This document shows positions 33,901 to 49,500 of a stretch of DNA of 64,000 nucleotides, piece after piece (position 1 is the first letter of the stretch; every line of letters starts with the position of its first letter). This DNA is from Takakia lepidozioides (Eukaryota > Plantae > Bryophyta): the NCBI GenBank assembly GCA_030704615.1, contig CM060732.1, positions 76,570,001 to 76,634,000 of the forward strand, given 5' to 3'. The notes under the pieces were generated by a model that was given only the letters and a program-made list of their open reading frames with translations, did not search any database and had not been told where the DNA came from. The position numbers and the translations under genes are program-made.

Positions 33901-34906
33901 TATATATGACTTTCCTTTTTTCAGTCTGTTGGAATGGAAGGCCACATTGATCAGTGCAGGCAGAATCTTGTCCTTGTGACTCGATTCTTGTGTCAGGTTG
34001 AAAACTCTGAACTTTGTCTACCCAGTACCGAGTGTGTAGTGCTGGTACAGATCGTCATCTTTCACTCCTTTGAATTTTGCTCCCACCCAAATCGTGAACT
34101 CAAATTTCATTCTGGGTTGGTTGGACTTCGATGTCAGCTGTTTATCAGCGACTAGCTTGACTCGTACTACAAGCCAGACTATTCAGGGACTATTCTGCCA
34201 CTCGAGCAGGCCTTTCCTTCTTTCAGGCTTATTTGTGCTGGATATGTGGGGCTTTTCTGCTGAAGAGTGAGTAGAAACCATCAGCAGTCTTTACTCTCTC
34301 TCTGTTCCTCTCTCTTTCCGTGCACATGCTGGGAATCTATGGCGGTTTGGGCATTAAAACGCGAATTGGTTCCCTGAAACTTCTCTCTCTTGGTATGACG
34401 TCGGTATGAGTTAGTTCTACACAATCTCGATGGTATTGTCTCTCGTGCACGGACAACTGTTTGTCGATCTATCAGCCTCTTTTGGTGTTCCGGCAGTCGC
34501 TGGCGGTGTGCTCTTATGTCTGGGTAATGACATGGTGGTCTGAGAAACCAATGCTGAACATACCAGCTCTCAATGTTCAACTAGAAGCCTTCTCCACCCT
34601 CCCTCACCTACGAAACTCTTTCTCCCGTCTTCAGCCCTGATTCGACGTGCAGGAGTTTGACAAACAGGCGAGGGATGACTCTCTCAAAAATCAATTACAG
34701 TAGACTACTTGATCGTTGCAGCTAGATTCTAAAAGTTTCTTTGTGCATTGGTGATGTGCTTCACAGAGCTGAGCTTTGAAGACCTGGTTATCTCGAATGG
34801 GGTAACTTCAGACAATACTCAATATACTTGATCACTGGAGAGTACCTAAGAAGTTGCTGAGGCATCACGGGTGACGGGAAAGGGTGCTGGATGTGGTGGC
34901 CGTGCC

Positions 34907-37622
34907 ATGTCGATAATCAGACAGTGGATTTTGAAGGAGGAGAGAGGAGAGCAGAGTGTAATTACAGACCCTGCCATTAAACTCTTTGGAACGACTATCG
35001 CGGTTGCGTCAGGCGGTTCTGTCGACGTTGGTGTTGGAGAAGCCATCACGGGTGCCAGCACTTCGCCGCATAACGTGCCGGATCCCTCTTGTACGCAGGT
35101 TGGCACCTTCTTCTCACCGGTGTGCTCTCTGTTGCTATTACTACATGGCTAGGCCAGCAGAGGGCACAATGTGCATGCATGATTTCACACTCTCTACATG
35201 TCTGTGCCATGAGCGGACATGTTCTCCAACTCTTAGAGCTCTAGAGTGGATTTATGTAGACATGACATTCATGTTCTCCCACTGACTTCAGAGTCAGTAT
35301 TATAGAGCCTGTTTGAGGCCGGCCGCCTGGTTGAATATCTGGGAGGATGTTTCAGCACATTAACATTGTGCATGCAAGGTCGGCAGGTTTGGACAGGAAT
35401 CATTTATTAGAGAACATTGTGATTGCTTTCCAGCTATGACTCTGTGCATCTGACCAGCTATGGGTTCCCAGAGAGTGAGATGTAGAACAAGACTAGGGGA
35501 GTGTGAAGGGAAGGCTGAGGGTAGGCTGGATACAGTACATGTCTATACCATGAAGGGTGACAAGAGAAGACCTGATTATTAGTCCTGAGCAAGTTTAGCA
35601 CACGTTGCTCGTCTCTAAGGATGTTTTGAGATGGAGAGTTGAAAACCTTGTCTGGACTGTCCTTGTACAGAAATCTGAAAGTACATCAAAGGCAACAAAA
35701 GGGGGAATAGTGTTGCAATCCGAGGATGATGGATCTTTCCCTGCAGTAGACGAACTTGGGAGCTCTTCAGGGAGCAATAGCGAGGCGGAGGAGGAGAAAC
35801 AACTCAATCCCATTTTACTAGGCAGTGATGCAACAGTGACAGGTTATCTTGAGGCTAGGGACATGGGTGCTGTGTGTGATGAAGCCTGTAGAGTATCAGA
35901 CATAAAGAAGGAAGAAGAGGGCCAAGCCAGTGGGCCTCAAGATAAGACATTGCCAAAGCCAGAGAAAGCAGTAGCTTGTCCTCGGTGTGACAGCATGGAT
36001 ACAAAGTTTTGCTATTACAACAATTATAACAAAAATCAGCCGCGTCATTTCTGCAAGAAATGTCAGAGATACTGGACTGCTGGAGGCACTCTCAGAAATG
36101 TCCCAGTTGGTGCAGGACGAAGAAAGAACAAGCATCATGGGGTTCTACAGCCACGGCATGGAGGGATGCCACAGGGCCCCCCGGTGAGCAAGGTGAGAAT
36201 TGATGCATCAGATGCTGCCCAGCAGTTACTGCCCTGCACTGGTGTGTCACCACTGAAGCTCCCTCAAATCCCAGGCCATCCTTCACCAGTGCCTGTGTTA
36301 GATTCAAGTACTGGGCCGAGCTCTGTTACATCCTTCTGCCAAGAGAGTGGCCTTACGGACATGTCTTCTGCTTTTCCTCAGCACTATACAGGGGGGGTGC
36401 CTCCCCAACCATTTCGGTGCAATAATACCTTCCCTGGCACAGGTTAGTCAAGCAATGTGGATACACACATAGGCAACTTGCATACACACATAGGCAACTT
36501 GCACGCCTACTTAGTGCATGCTGTGTAATTTCCATGATTCTACAATTTGAATTGTCAGAAAGCCTTATGTTAGTGCGTGCAATTGGTTGCAGGGAGCTCT
36601 CCAGCTAACCTTCTATAAATTAGTCAATTGAGGGCCTAAGGAGAGACTTGCCAAGTGTGAAATAGGAGCTGTTGTCGTCGTCTAAATGGATCCTTTGTAT
36701 GGATGCAGGTTCTGGTATTAGCACAGTTGGCAGCTCTGAGGCTAGAAGCAAGGTTCGGCAAAAGCTACCCATCACCCCATCAGTAATTGGCGTCAGCAGC
36801 AGTGCCAGCGTGGTAGTCGGGGAAATGGAGAAGAGGGAGCCCACAGATGAATGTGCCAGTTCAGTAGTGGAACCGAGGCCCAGCACAACAGATGGTGCTC
36901 CAATGCAGCACTCACAGCCTCAACCTGATTGTGGAGGGGTTTACAGACCAATACCTTCTGCGGATGCTGGGGTGTGGACAGGTGGGGGAGCTCCCCTTGG
37001 CTACTATAATGGGGCATGGCCATATGGGTACAATGGTGGCTGGAGTGGGGTGGTGCCTGTTACAGGGGCGATATGTGGACCTCTGGGGAGCATTGGTTCT
37101 GGGGCACCACTGGCCCCCAGTGTGTCGGCATGGAATGCAGCTCCCAATGGTGTCTGGGCAGGATATCCCTGGGGACCTCCCATACCTGGAATGCCTGGGG
37201 CTCCTTGGGCCCCTCCTGGCTGGGCAGGTGGTTGGCCCATGCCATGGGGGCCCCCATCAGCAGCTGCCGCGCCTGTTCAGGCGTCTGTGACAGGGAATGG
37301 GGCTGGTCCTTCGAGGAGATTGCCAGTACTCACTCCGACACTCGGCAAGCACACACGTGAAAACCCAGAGAGTGGGAGGTTGGAGGGTACTCTTTGGGCT
37401 CCAAAGACACTGAGGATAGACGATCCTGCCGAAGCTGCACGAAGCTCAGTTTGGACTGCAATTGGTGTAGGGAGTAGGCCAGAGTCTGGCAGCATGTTCA
37501 AAATCTTTGAGCCAAGGACGGAGAGCAAATGTTTTGATGACGCAGGGGATAAGACAGCCAGCAGTAGACATGCAAATCCTGCCGCCATGACGAGGTCAAT
37601 GCATTTCCAAGAGATACAGTAA
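34907..37622 (+). CDS. CDF: Dof zinc-finger transcription factor, CYCLING DOF FACTOR (CDF)-type; exons 34907-35098, 35671-36442, 36709-37622
   Basis: N-terminal DPAIKLFG motif; Dof domain [37 protein letters not shown]; C-terminal [21 protein letters not shown] and [14 protein letters not shown] motifs. GT-AG introns have matching phases (0 and 1). Confidence 0.93.
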
Positions 37623-38504
37623 CTAGGCAGGAAGGAGATCGCCAACGTTAGCTTGTCTGATACATGCATGGAGTGGGGACAGAACATCAATGTCCTTCTC
37701 CGAACCCATCTTACTAAGAAACTCGGGGGTGATACAAGTGTCTTTTCAGAGGCTGTTCATGATTGTCAGAAGCATCCAGCTGTGAAGGTCATCATAAGTG
37801 CTTAGCGTGGCACCTGCACAAAGCACTTCTCAAGCCAAGGGGTCCATTTCAGACCAATGGGTTCCTTAGGCCTTTGTGTTGTTGGTTTTCTTTTTGTACA
37901 ACAAAAGCCGTCAGGCTTCCTGTGAACGGATGTTTTCCTTTGTTCTTGCTGTGCTTTGCTCGCAAGGATAATTTTGTTTCTCGGAAGTAGAGAGCATGGG
38001 AGAACCTACGGGGGTTTAGAAGAGTACCAAGAAGTTGGAATCAAAGATCACCCAATTAAGCTATAATTTGTTTGATGTAATCTACATCACTTCGAGCCTT
38101 GAGCTTTGTATCATTTTGTATAAAACTGTTCTGTTTCACTCCATTGGCTCCTTCAACCCCAAGATGGTTCTATTTGCCAGTTTTCACAGATCCCTGTTCA
38201 AGCCCTCTTTTAAGTTGTCTGCAAGTCATAGTTACTTTTGCACTGTTTTTGCTAGTGGCTGGCTGCCTCACTGACTTACTGACTTTGCATGGCTTACTGG
38301 CTTGCATAAATGCTTTTAGTCGAAGAGGCAAAGACCAACCCAGACTTCTCAAATATTTCACAGTTCACTGCAGAAGAATCACTGAAGTTGTCACCATTGG
38401 CCCCCGCAATTGCTTCAGATAGGAACCTTTTGGTTCTGCTTTGCAGAAAACTAACCGTGCACTGCACGAAGCCTCATGATTGTGAGAATTTTCATTGCCT
38501 ATGA

Positions 38505-41500
38505 TCACCAATAATCCCCACAAGAACAGTCCCCATCTTTGAAGTGATGAAAGCGGATGGCATCCCTTGCCACAATTTCTCGCCCAACGACCTTGGATAT
38601 AAACTTAGTTGCAGTGTGGCAATCGCCACATACCCGAAGGTTCTTGATTATACGAATGGGTGTCCCAGGGGGTGTGCTGATGAGCCCAAAAGTGATGGCC
38701 AACTTTTCACTGTGGTGGCAGAGAGCTAGTTCCTTGTGTTGCTGGTCTACATCATGCAACACAAACCGGGTGTCAGGCATATATCCTGCCACTTTTATTT
38801 GTTGAGTCAAATCTTCCAATGCGGCATAGATGTCCTCTGTTTGTGGGTGGGTTGTATCTTCTGTAATAAATGTATGTACTCTGTTCTTGACCTCAATCCA
38901 GCTGCGGCCTGGCTCCTTTCTTACACTCCTGCCATCCATCACTTTCCGCACCTTCGCTACATCATTCCACCTGCCAGCTGCAGCATAGATGTTTGAAAGC
39001 AGAACATACACTTTTGCATCCTGTGGTTCTAACTTGAGAAGACATTCTGCAGCACGTTCTCCTAGCTCCACATTGACCTGAGTTCTGCAGGCACTAAGCA
39101 TGGTCCGCCAAACCAAAGGATCTGGTTCAAATGGCATTCTGTCAATAAAGCCCTCCGCCTCACCTAACTGCCCTGCACGGCCAAGAAGGTCGACCATGCA
39201 GGCATAGTGCCTTTCTGTTGGTGCGATGCCATGATCATGATTCATCGAATGGAAATAGTGATGCCCTTCACCCACTAGGCCTGCATGGCTACATGCAGAG
39301 AGGACACCAATGAATGTGACGTAATTTGGCTCAACACCTTCCCGTCGCATCTGTTCAAAGAGTTGAAGGCCCTCCTTAGCATGCCCATGCTGGGCATATG
39401 CTCTAATCATAATGTTCCATGATACTACATCTCGTTTGAAAATTTTGTCAAACACTTGCCATGCATCCCCCAGATTCCCACACTTGGCGTACATGTCAAC
39501 AAGGGCAGTCCCCACACACACATCTGACTCAAGTCCAGATTTAATGATTTGAGAATGGACACACTTGCCCCTGTCCAGAGCCGCCAAGCTGGCACATGCA
39601 GTGAGGATGCTAATGAAAGTGACCTTGTCAGGCTTGAAACCCATTTGTTGCATTTGTCCAAAGAGTTCAAACGCCTCTTTACCATCACCATGCTGAGCTG
39701 CCCCTGCAATCATTGCAGTCCAGGAGACCGCATCTTGCTTGGGCATTCTCTCGAACAATTGCCGTGCATCGACCAAACTCCCACACCTGCAGTACATGCT
39801 GACAAGAGCGGTTCCCACTTGGACATCAGATTCAAATCCAGCTTTGACAATCCTTTCATGGATGTGCTTCCCCTGTTCCAGAGCTGTTGGGGTGCTACAT
39901 GCCATGAGGATGCTGATGTAAGTGACCCTGTTTGGCTTCGGGTGTTCTCCTTGCATTTGCCCGAAGAGTTCAAATGCCTCTTCTTCATGCCCTTGCTGGG
40001 CAAAGCCTCCAATCAATGCATTCCAGGAGACCACATTCCTTTCAGGCATTTTAAGGAACACTCGGTGCGCATCCATCACTCTCCCACACTTGCAATACAT
40101 GCTGACAAGGGCAGTCCTCACTCGAACATCTGAATCAAATCCACCCTTGATGATCCTTGCATGAAGCTGCTTGCCCTGCTCCAGAGCTGCTGGGCTGGCA
40201 CATGCATTGAGGATGCTCATGAAGGTAACCTTGTTTGGCTCTGTGCCTTGTTGCTGCATTTGGTGAAAATGTTCAAATGCCTCTTCAGCTTGACCTTGTT
40301 GTGCAAGTCCTGCAATCATTGCATTCCATGAGACCACATCCCGCTTAGACATCTTGAAGAACACTCGCTGAGCATCCACCACACTCCCGCACCTGCAATA
40401 CATGCTGACAACGGCAGTCCCCACCCGGACATCTGACTCAAATCCAGCTTTGATGATATCTGCATGGATCCACTTGCCATGTTCCAGTGCGGCAGGGGTG
40501 GTACAAACATTGAGGATGACAACGTAAGTGACCTTGTCTGCCTGCCAGCCTTGTTGTTGCATTTGCTGAAAGAGATCAAATGCCTCTTCGGCATCTTTCT
40601 GCCGAGCTAATCCTGCAATCATTGCATTCCAAGTGACTACATCTCGCTCAGGCATTTTGTCGAAGACTTGGCGTGCATCCACTACCCTTCCGTACTTACA
40701 GTACATACAGACAAGGGTAGTCCCCAAATGGACATCCGATTCCAATCCAGTGGTGATAATGCTGGCATGGACTTGTTTGCTCTGTTCAAGGGTTACTGGG
40801 CTGGTACATGCATTAAGGATGCTCTTGAAGGTAATCTTGTTTGGCTTCACGCCTTCTCTTTGCATTTGCTGAAAGAATTCAAGGGCCTCTTCGCCATGCC
40901 CTCGCTGAGCTAACCCTGCAATAATTGTATTCCATGAGATCACATTGCGACTAAGCATTTTCTCAAAGACTTGACGTGCATCCACAATACTCCCACATTT
41001 AACATACATTCCGAGAAGGGTGTTTCCTAGGAACAAGTCTGGCTCGAATCCACTTTTAATGATGTGTGCATGGACCCCTTGGCCATCTGCCAGGGACTTT
41101 GTAAGAGCAGACTCCTGCAAGAGGCGAGCACAAGTCTCTGAATATACCTCAAAGCCTCTTCGCTCCATCAGATCCAGGAGGGTTTTTGCCTCCGATCCTC
41201 CCTCCTTGCGCAGGGTGGTCAGGTTCCCACTAACACAGGAAGTGTCTTTGTTGTCTCCTTCCCCATCGCGTCGTTGCCCTCCACTAGATCCACTAGTGCT
41301 GTTGCCCGATCCAAGATTCCCTAGGTCGCTGCCACTCTCTGCCCACAGAAACATCTGGGTCCGATTCCACACTTGAACCCCCTTTCCCCTACATGATAAC
41401 GCCAAGTTCCCTGAGCACGGTGACTTGGGTACTAAGTGCTCTGTGTGGAGACAAACAATGGGGTTCATCGTGTTCAGAGGCGAGTCAGAGACACATAGAT

Positions 41501-41609
41501 TGTAGAAGGGCAACGGGCATATCCTGGCTTGAGCTGTAGTGTGAACTGACAAGTTGAAAGAAGTTTTTTTTAAACCATCCAATGCAACTGGAGCCGCATA
41601 CTTGGGCAT
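38505..41609 (-). CDS. PLS-class pentatricopeptide repeat protein with E1/E2 and DYW deaminase domains (organellar C-to-U RNA-editing factor); single exon; true start may be a downstream ATG (~41470)
   Basis: 20 PPR motifs [L-S-(P-L-S)x5-P2-L2-S2], PG box [23 protein letters not shown], terminal CSCGDYW. Confidence 0.96.
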   Translation of the reverse strand: MPKYAAPVALDGLKKTSFNLSVHTTAQARICPLPFYNLCVSDSPLNTMNPIVCLHTEHLVPKSPCSGNLALSCRGKGVQVWNRTQMFLWAESGSDLGNLGSGNSTSGSSGGQRRDGEGDNKDTSCVSGNLTTLRKEGGSEAKTLLDLMERRGFEVYSETCARLLQESALTKSLADGQGVHAHIIKSGFEPDLFLGNTLLGMYVKCGSIVDARQVFEKMLSRNVISWNTIIAGLAQRGHGEEALEFFQQMQREGVKPNKITFKSILNACTSPVTLEQSKQVHASIITTGLESDVHLGTTLVCMYCKYGRVVDARQVFDKMPERDVVTWNAMIAGLARQKDAEEAFDLFQQMQQQGWQADKVTYVVILNVCTTPAALEHGKWIHADIIKAGFESDVRVGTAVVSMYCRCGSVVDAQRVFFKMSKRDVVSWNAMIAGLAQQGQAEEAFEHFHQMQQQGTEPNKVTFMSILNACASPAALEQGKQLHARIIKGGFDSDVRVRTALVSMYCKCGRVMDAHRVFLKMPERNVVSWNALIGGFAQQGHEEEAFELFGQMQGEHPKPNRVTYISILMACSTPTALEQGKHIHERIVKAGFESDVQVGTALVSMYCRCGSLVDARQLFERMPKQDAVSWTAMIAGAAQHGDGKEAFELFGQMQQMGFKPDKVTFISILTACASLAALDRGKCVHSQIIKSGLESDVCVGTALVDMYAKCGNLGDAWQVFDKIFKRDVVSWNIMIRAYAQHGHAKEGLQLFEQMRREGVEPNYVTFIGVLSACSHAGLVGEGHHYFHSMNHDHGIAPTERHYACMVDLLGRAGQLGEAEGFIDRMPFEPDPLVWRTMLSACRTQVNVELGERAAECLLKLEPQDAKVYVLLSNIYAAAGRWNDVAKVRKVMDGRSVRKEPGRSWIEVKNRVHTFITEDTTHPQTEDIYAALEDLTQQIKVAGYMPDTRFVLHDVDQQHKELALCHHSEKLAITFGLISTPPGTPIRIIKNLRVCGDCHTATKFISKVVGREIVARDAIRFHHFKDGDCSCGDYW

Positions 41610-43292
41610 ATCTTGCTCAAGATTGACATCTAGATTGTAGAGAGACCATGAGCATACTTCGGCTGGATCAACGTAAAAGACAATTCAAATCATGTAAGGT
41701 CCTCTTTGGAACCGTCCTCAAAACATAATCTGATCTGTACTCTGACAGGCCAATCACTGTTTCCACTTCCAGTATCAAAGATGCCACAAAACCTTTTCGA
41801 TTAGATACTCTGGTTTTCCTAAAACTTTGCAAGAGGATGGCGGCCGATATCCTTCAGACTCCGATTCGGGTTCTACATACCTAGTTGTTTCTGGCATTGA
41901 ATGTTCAAATGCAGGGATATTAACATTACACGTGGCCAGGATCGGCACCCAAACTAGTGCTTACTCAGTTGAATGCAATCAGTGACTTCTGTAAACCCAA
42001 ATCTATAACCAATCGGTTGATGTGTAACACATTTCAGTTTTTCTGTTTGTCTTGGTCTTAAAGACTGGACTTTCAGTGTTTATCCAGTACACAGAGTTGC
42101 TGATTTGTGGCAGGATAAAGGGTGAGCTCTGAGAGATCCAAGGCGTCACTCGAACATAACACTCTGTCCAACCTCAGAACCCCACAAACTAAAGTCACGC
42201 CTACTAAGAGACCAAGAATATCTACTCCTCCATTGGGGCCGAATCTTAAAAAGCTTACGATCGCTTTTAATACATGTATACCGCGAGAGTCCGGAATTTC
42301 ATCAACACACAACAATTGTTGTCCAACCAGTCATGTCTTGAATGTGAGTACATGTACTAGAACATTTTCGCTGCTACGTTTGTTGCCTACAGGATATGAG
42401 ACTCCTCTTAGTTGACAACTGTCCCTCTATGTCTTTTCTCTACATTGTGTAGGGATGTGTCCGCGTACAAGTACTATGGCAATCAGGCCTTCTACAAGCT
42501 ACATGCAGTATCTAGATACGCAAGTTCTACATCTTCCAACTATCAGATTATGTTTCATACAGGTTCTTAAACTCCAGGACTGAATCCTGAAGGGCCAGCA
42601 TCCCGTGGACTGTCCCCACAAACTCATCATAGTTGCCTCTGTTTTAGTCAACTAGGAATGAGAACATCCCCCAGGCACCAGTAGTTTTAGCTGGTTCTGA
42701 GCTTTGCAAAGGCTACTCTAAATTCTTATCTTCAAGCTCTCTTCAAATCTAGGTGAAAAGATCATACATCTCATGGGGGGGCTCCATAGCAGAGCTTGTG
42801 GTGATGAATAATATGACAGGAAACGGGCCGACTGGCGGTCGTTCTGGATTTTTTTTGGGTGAAAATGGCTCCCATTTTAAGATAATGGCGTCTTGAATGC
42901 GCCTATGGGCCCCGCCAGTACGAACCATGGACTGTATTGACTCTTCTTATTAAAGGGAATGAGAATGAAAGAGAATGAAGAGAAGGGAATCTTGCACAAT
43001 GTCTCTGACATGAAGTGACGCTAGGATGCTGGGTGGGATAGAGCGAAAGTTGAGGGAAATCTTTTGCACCGACATTGACTGACAGGCATGGGGTTTCTTT
43101 TCTTTTCGAGATCAGCGTGAGTGAGGGAGTTGATAGGCAGAGAGAGACAAGGAGGTCATATCTAACTGAAGGGAGGGAGAGTACCAAGTGGGTGGGTGGA
43201 GGCTTTTTGGTGGAGAGAGAGGGCGGAAGGGTGAGAGGTTTTAAAGTGTGGGTCGTGTGCGGGAGGGGAGAAAGAGCGCAGCCGAGCTGTGA

Positions 43293-45615
<2,323 letters not shown>

Positions 45616-46519
45616 GTGCCATGCTTCATGAGTGCATGTTGCCTGCTTTTGTGTGAACAGAGCTCCAAGTAGCAAACCAGTTGATGGAGCTAATCAGCCA
45701 TTTTCCCTGAGTCACCATCCCCCTTCCTCCTGTTTTCTCAATCCTGGAAGTAGGGGTTCCTGTGGCATCAATGGAAGTCCTCAACAAAAGGCTTTCTATG
45801 GAGAGGAATTAGCTTGTAGTTGGCGGCCTTCTTTGTAAACAAGAGATGCAGTGCGGAGATAGGAATAATCCCTAGGCTTTTTCACTAACCAGTCATGTTT
45901 GAGACAAACTGGTATTGGAAAGTTCAAAAGGAAAATACGAAAATTTTCTGAACTGGAGAATAAAAATTTGTGAAGGAGACTCAAGTTATATGCTTGCAGT
46001 CATTTTGTGTTTCTCAAAGTAGACTTGTGACTACCTGTCTTCCAAGTGACAGGCTAAGAAGCGGAAATGATTTCCAAAATACGCAATATAGTGATGAATA
46101 ACGACCAGCCCGGTTACATATAGCTACCTTATGGCAAGGTATCGTCAGCAGGAGGAAGTTGACATGTACACCCCCTCTACAAAATCTGCAATTAAATGTT
46201 GTTGGGAGGCATCCCCTAATCTGAGGGAATTGCAAGGACATGATGCACTGTGCTTTGCTGGCTCAAATAAATGTTAAAACATTTGTAGATAATCTCATTC
46301 ACAGCAGTCATTTCAAGCAATGCAGATCTTACTTCCATGAAGCTTCCTTCACAAATGAAAGATACATGAATTTCTTTTTTACTACATGAATGTTGCCTTG
46401 TTCTAGATAGCTCCGCTCCCTTTCCACTCCATACAAATGTGTCTAGATTCCAACATAGCCCCCAAATTGTGGGGTGGAAGAGAGGGGTAGTCCAAGGTGA
46501 ATTATTGTCCACTCAATCT

Positions 46520-49500
46520 TCAGGCACGATTTGTGCGTTTGCCTACTGCCACGGCCAACTCTGTATCCACATTCAGTGATATGTCCAAAGCCTTCACCGA
46601 ATGTGTCAAGGCCCCGCTATGAGGATGTCGTGGTTGTCAAATGCATCAATCACACAGAAAACATAGTCAGATTCACTTTGTTGTATCCTGAAAGGCTTTG
46701 ATTCTCCTCATTCACCAACTGGCACACTAAAAAATGGAAAGATTTTTTGAATAGAAGTACTTCAGTTTTCACATATTTCACCAGTAATCTAAATGTATAC
46801 ACACGCAATACCTGGAAATGTAAGTAACTCCAGTCGCACCGATCTTCCCCACAGTGTCAATTGTTACATTGCCTGAGGCCTGTGCTCATATCACTTGCAA
46901 AGCATCATGAATCAGAAAAAGAAACCTTCTAATCACAGGCATCTAGGCAATCACATTCTGTTGTGTTTTAAACTAGATCTATGACTACGGACCTCTGTTT
47001 TACAAGTCAGCGATGAAAGATGACCCCAAGGGTCTAAGTCCTTCTAGCTAACATCAGCGCATTTTTTAGATACAATCAACAGTTGCTGTTTAGTGGAGAA
47101 GAGAAAAACCCAAACCTATTGCAAATTGGAGACAAACAGATGGACATTTTATTGGCTTGCCAAGGTTCTTCCTGAGGTTTTAAGACTAATAAGATTTGAT
47201 CTCGGGTGTGCCTCTCTTTCCTTTCCAGGGGAAAAAACTGCACTAAGGGTTACAGGTGCAGGCATTATGCACAATGCTATGTACAATGCCAACCCCATTG
47301 AGCTCACAACTGCGGAGTGGTGCACCTGTTGCCCTGAACTCGGGAATCCTACAGAATTGACCCAGGGTACAAATGACTAAGTCGCAGCGTTGGATTTTTC
47401 TCCAACGTCACATACACTATATATGCCTTTCCTTTATTGGAAATAACAGATAAAGGATAAAGATATGGTCTGTTGAGCGTCCAGTTAATTTAGAGAGCCT
47501 ACTACCCCAAGGACCATTGGATGGTTGACGGGTTAAACCCAGGATCACCCTGGTCATGCACAGGCAAGGCACAATAAAGCATGCAGATGCTGACCTCTGT
47601 CTCGAGCTGGCCATTGATGAGCTGGACAGCAGCATTTAGCATGGACACGTCAATTTCACCACTAGGCAACGGCACTACCATGTTATCAAGCATGATACGA
47701 GTCACACGCCCTCTTCCCTCCCGCACACAGGATAACACTTCTTGCACTTCCTCCAACGTCCTTGTCTCCACCTGGAATATTTGGTGATAAACCTCACTTC
47801 CTCCTATTGTTCATATGCCAAAACCAGGAATTACCTTGTAACCAACCATTTAGATAGAGCCACCTTCACAGGTAAGGTGGAGAGCATGAAGATGTTTTTA
47901 GACTCATCACTTTGATGAAGCAAATTTTATGGTTCTGAGTCGGTTATGATTGTTTGTTCCTTCATGTTCAATTTTTGAAATGAGGAATACTGACACTGCA
48001 AAAAAAGAGGTGGGAACCACATAAATCCAGGTAAAGTCAGACCCTGAACAGCGGCTTAATTGTAGAGAATTACCTCGACTCCTATGTTAAGGTCCTGCTG
48101 CTTCAAGTAAGAATCCACAGCAGCAATAGCTTTCTGGATGCCCCCCGCAACTGCAATATGGTTGTCTTTAACTAACACCATGTCATACAGACCCATGCGG
48201 TGGTTCTCTCCCCCTCCTATCAGGACCTGCAACCATTGTTTCGACCTCTTTAATACTGCGAACCATGGGATAAGAACACAATCATCCCGGCAAAAAGATT
48301 CGCATGGATCAGAAATCAAAGCATGAATCAGTTATCTGTTCACTGATTCTGTAAACATAGGTATTACTCCTGACTTGTTGAGTATGTGCGATAGTAGCGT
48401 AGTCATTTGAAAACTTGACCATTCAGGAAATTGGCGCCAAACCTTGGACCACTACAAAGAATGAACTGGTGTTTGGGTGGTAACCTTGCAGGTATCCCCT
48501 AGATGTGACTAGAATTGCTCCAGGAGAGGGAAGAAACAGAGGAAAGGGTTTTTTCCTTAAGGAGAGGGTAGGCAGACATACTGCCCACTTATCGATGAGA
48601 CGTAGCCCAGGAACGGTCTTCCTGGTCTCCAATATCCGTGCTGGCTTTGCTGCCTCTGCCATAGCCTTCGAACCAAGGAAGATGTCAGGCATAACATAAG
48701 CACCATGGATGTTATGTACAAAAACCTAAGCTAGTATATTGTTGCAAGAACTCCCTTTGGCTGTCCCGTCTTTCCACTTCTCTCTCTCCTTACATACCTC
48801 TCATGTCAAAATCTAATTAGTACCTCCAGAACCCCTCATTGGTATAATTTTGTTGAGACCAGGTACACCAAAGCTCAAACTTCCTACTTGGATGCCATGG
48901 CTGTAGGAGAGTTGTTGCAATTTATGTTAAAATTATCACCCAGGGAGAGGGTATCCAGCCAAGGCTATTGACAGCTGTTGTGATGGCTAAACATTACAGC
49001 ATTTGGGTACATCCCTCCCCATCTCCCTTGGTACCTTGGTCACAGTAGCAATGCCACTCATGCGCTGCATGAAGTTCAACACCACCCTCTCTGCAATCAG
49101 AATGCTTCGTGCACTCCCTGCAAAATGGAAGGACAGAATAAGCAACCCTCGAAGTAAGTAAACACTCAAGGACCACTAAACTAGAATGACATACTTCAGT
49201 TGGTGTACTAGATGTGCTTGGCACTGAGAAACAAAATTCTCCGAGCCGGTTGAGGATGGTTGTCTACCTTGAACAGTACCAAATTGCAATCCCTTGGTAA
49301 CCAGATCACCATCTTGCACCTCCCACTGGACCTGCACATTGCAAATACCCTTTCAAACATTAGAAGACCTGGACGCTTCGGTAGTATGTTTGAAGCTGGC
49401 CAGTATTAGTTGTGGGGGTGGGCATTGCTTCAAGGCAACCATGCCACTTCGCTGCATGGAAGTTCCTAAGTTTATCACATTACCATATGCAATAGTTTCT

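Noticed and set aside
38505-38900. Possible DYW:KP (U-to-C) editing domain
   Set aside because: It has the canonical PG box, HSEKLA and a terminal DYW, so it is C-to-U type.
38544-41376. Multiple antisense and alternative-frame ORFs over the PPR gene
   Set aside because: By-products of the 303-bp PLS periodicity and codon bias.
42073-42415. ORFs between the PPR and threonine synthase genes
   Set aside because: Short and without motifs; likely promoter, UTR or intron sequence.
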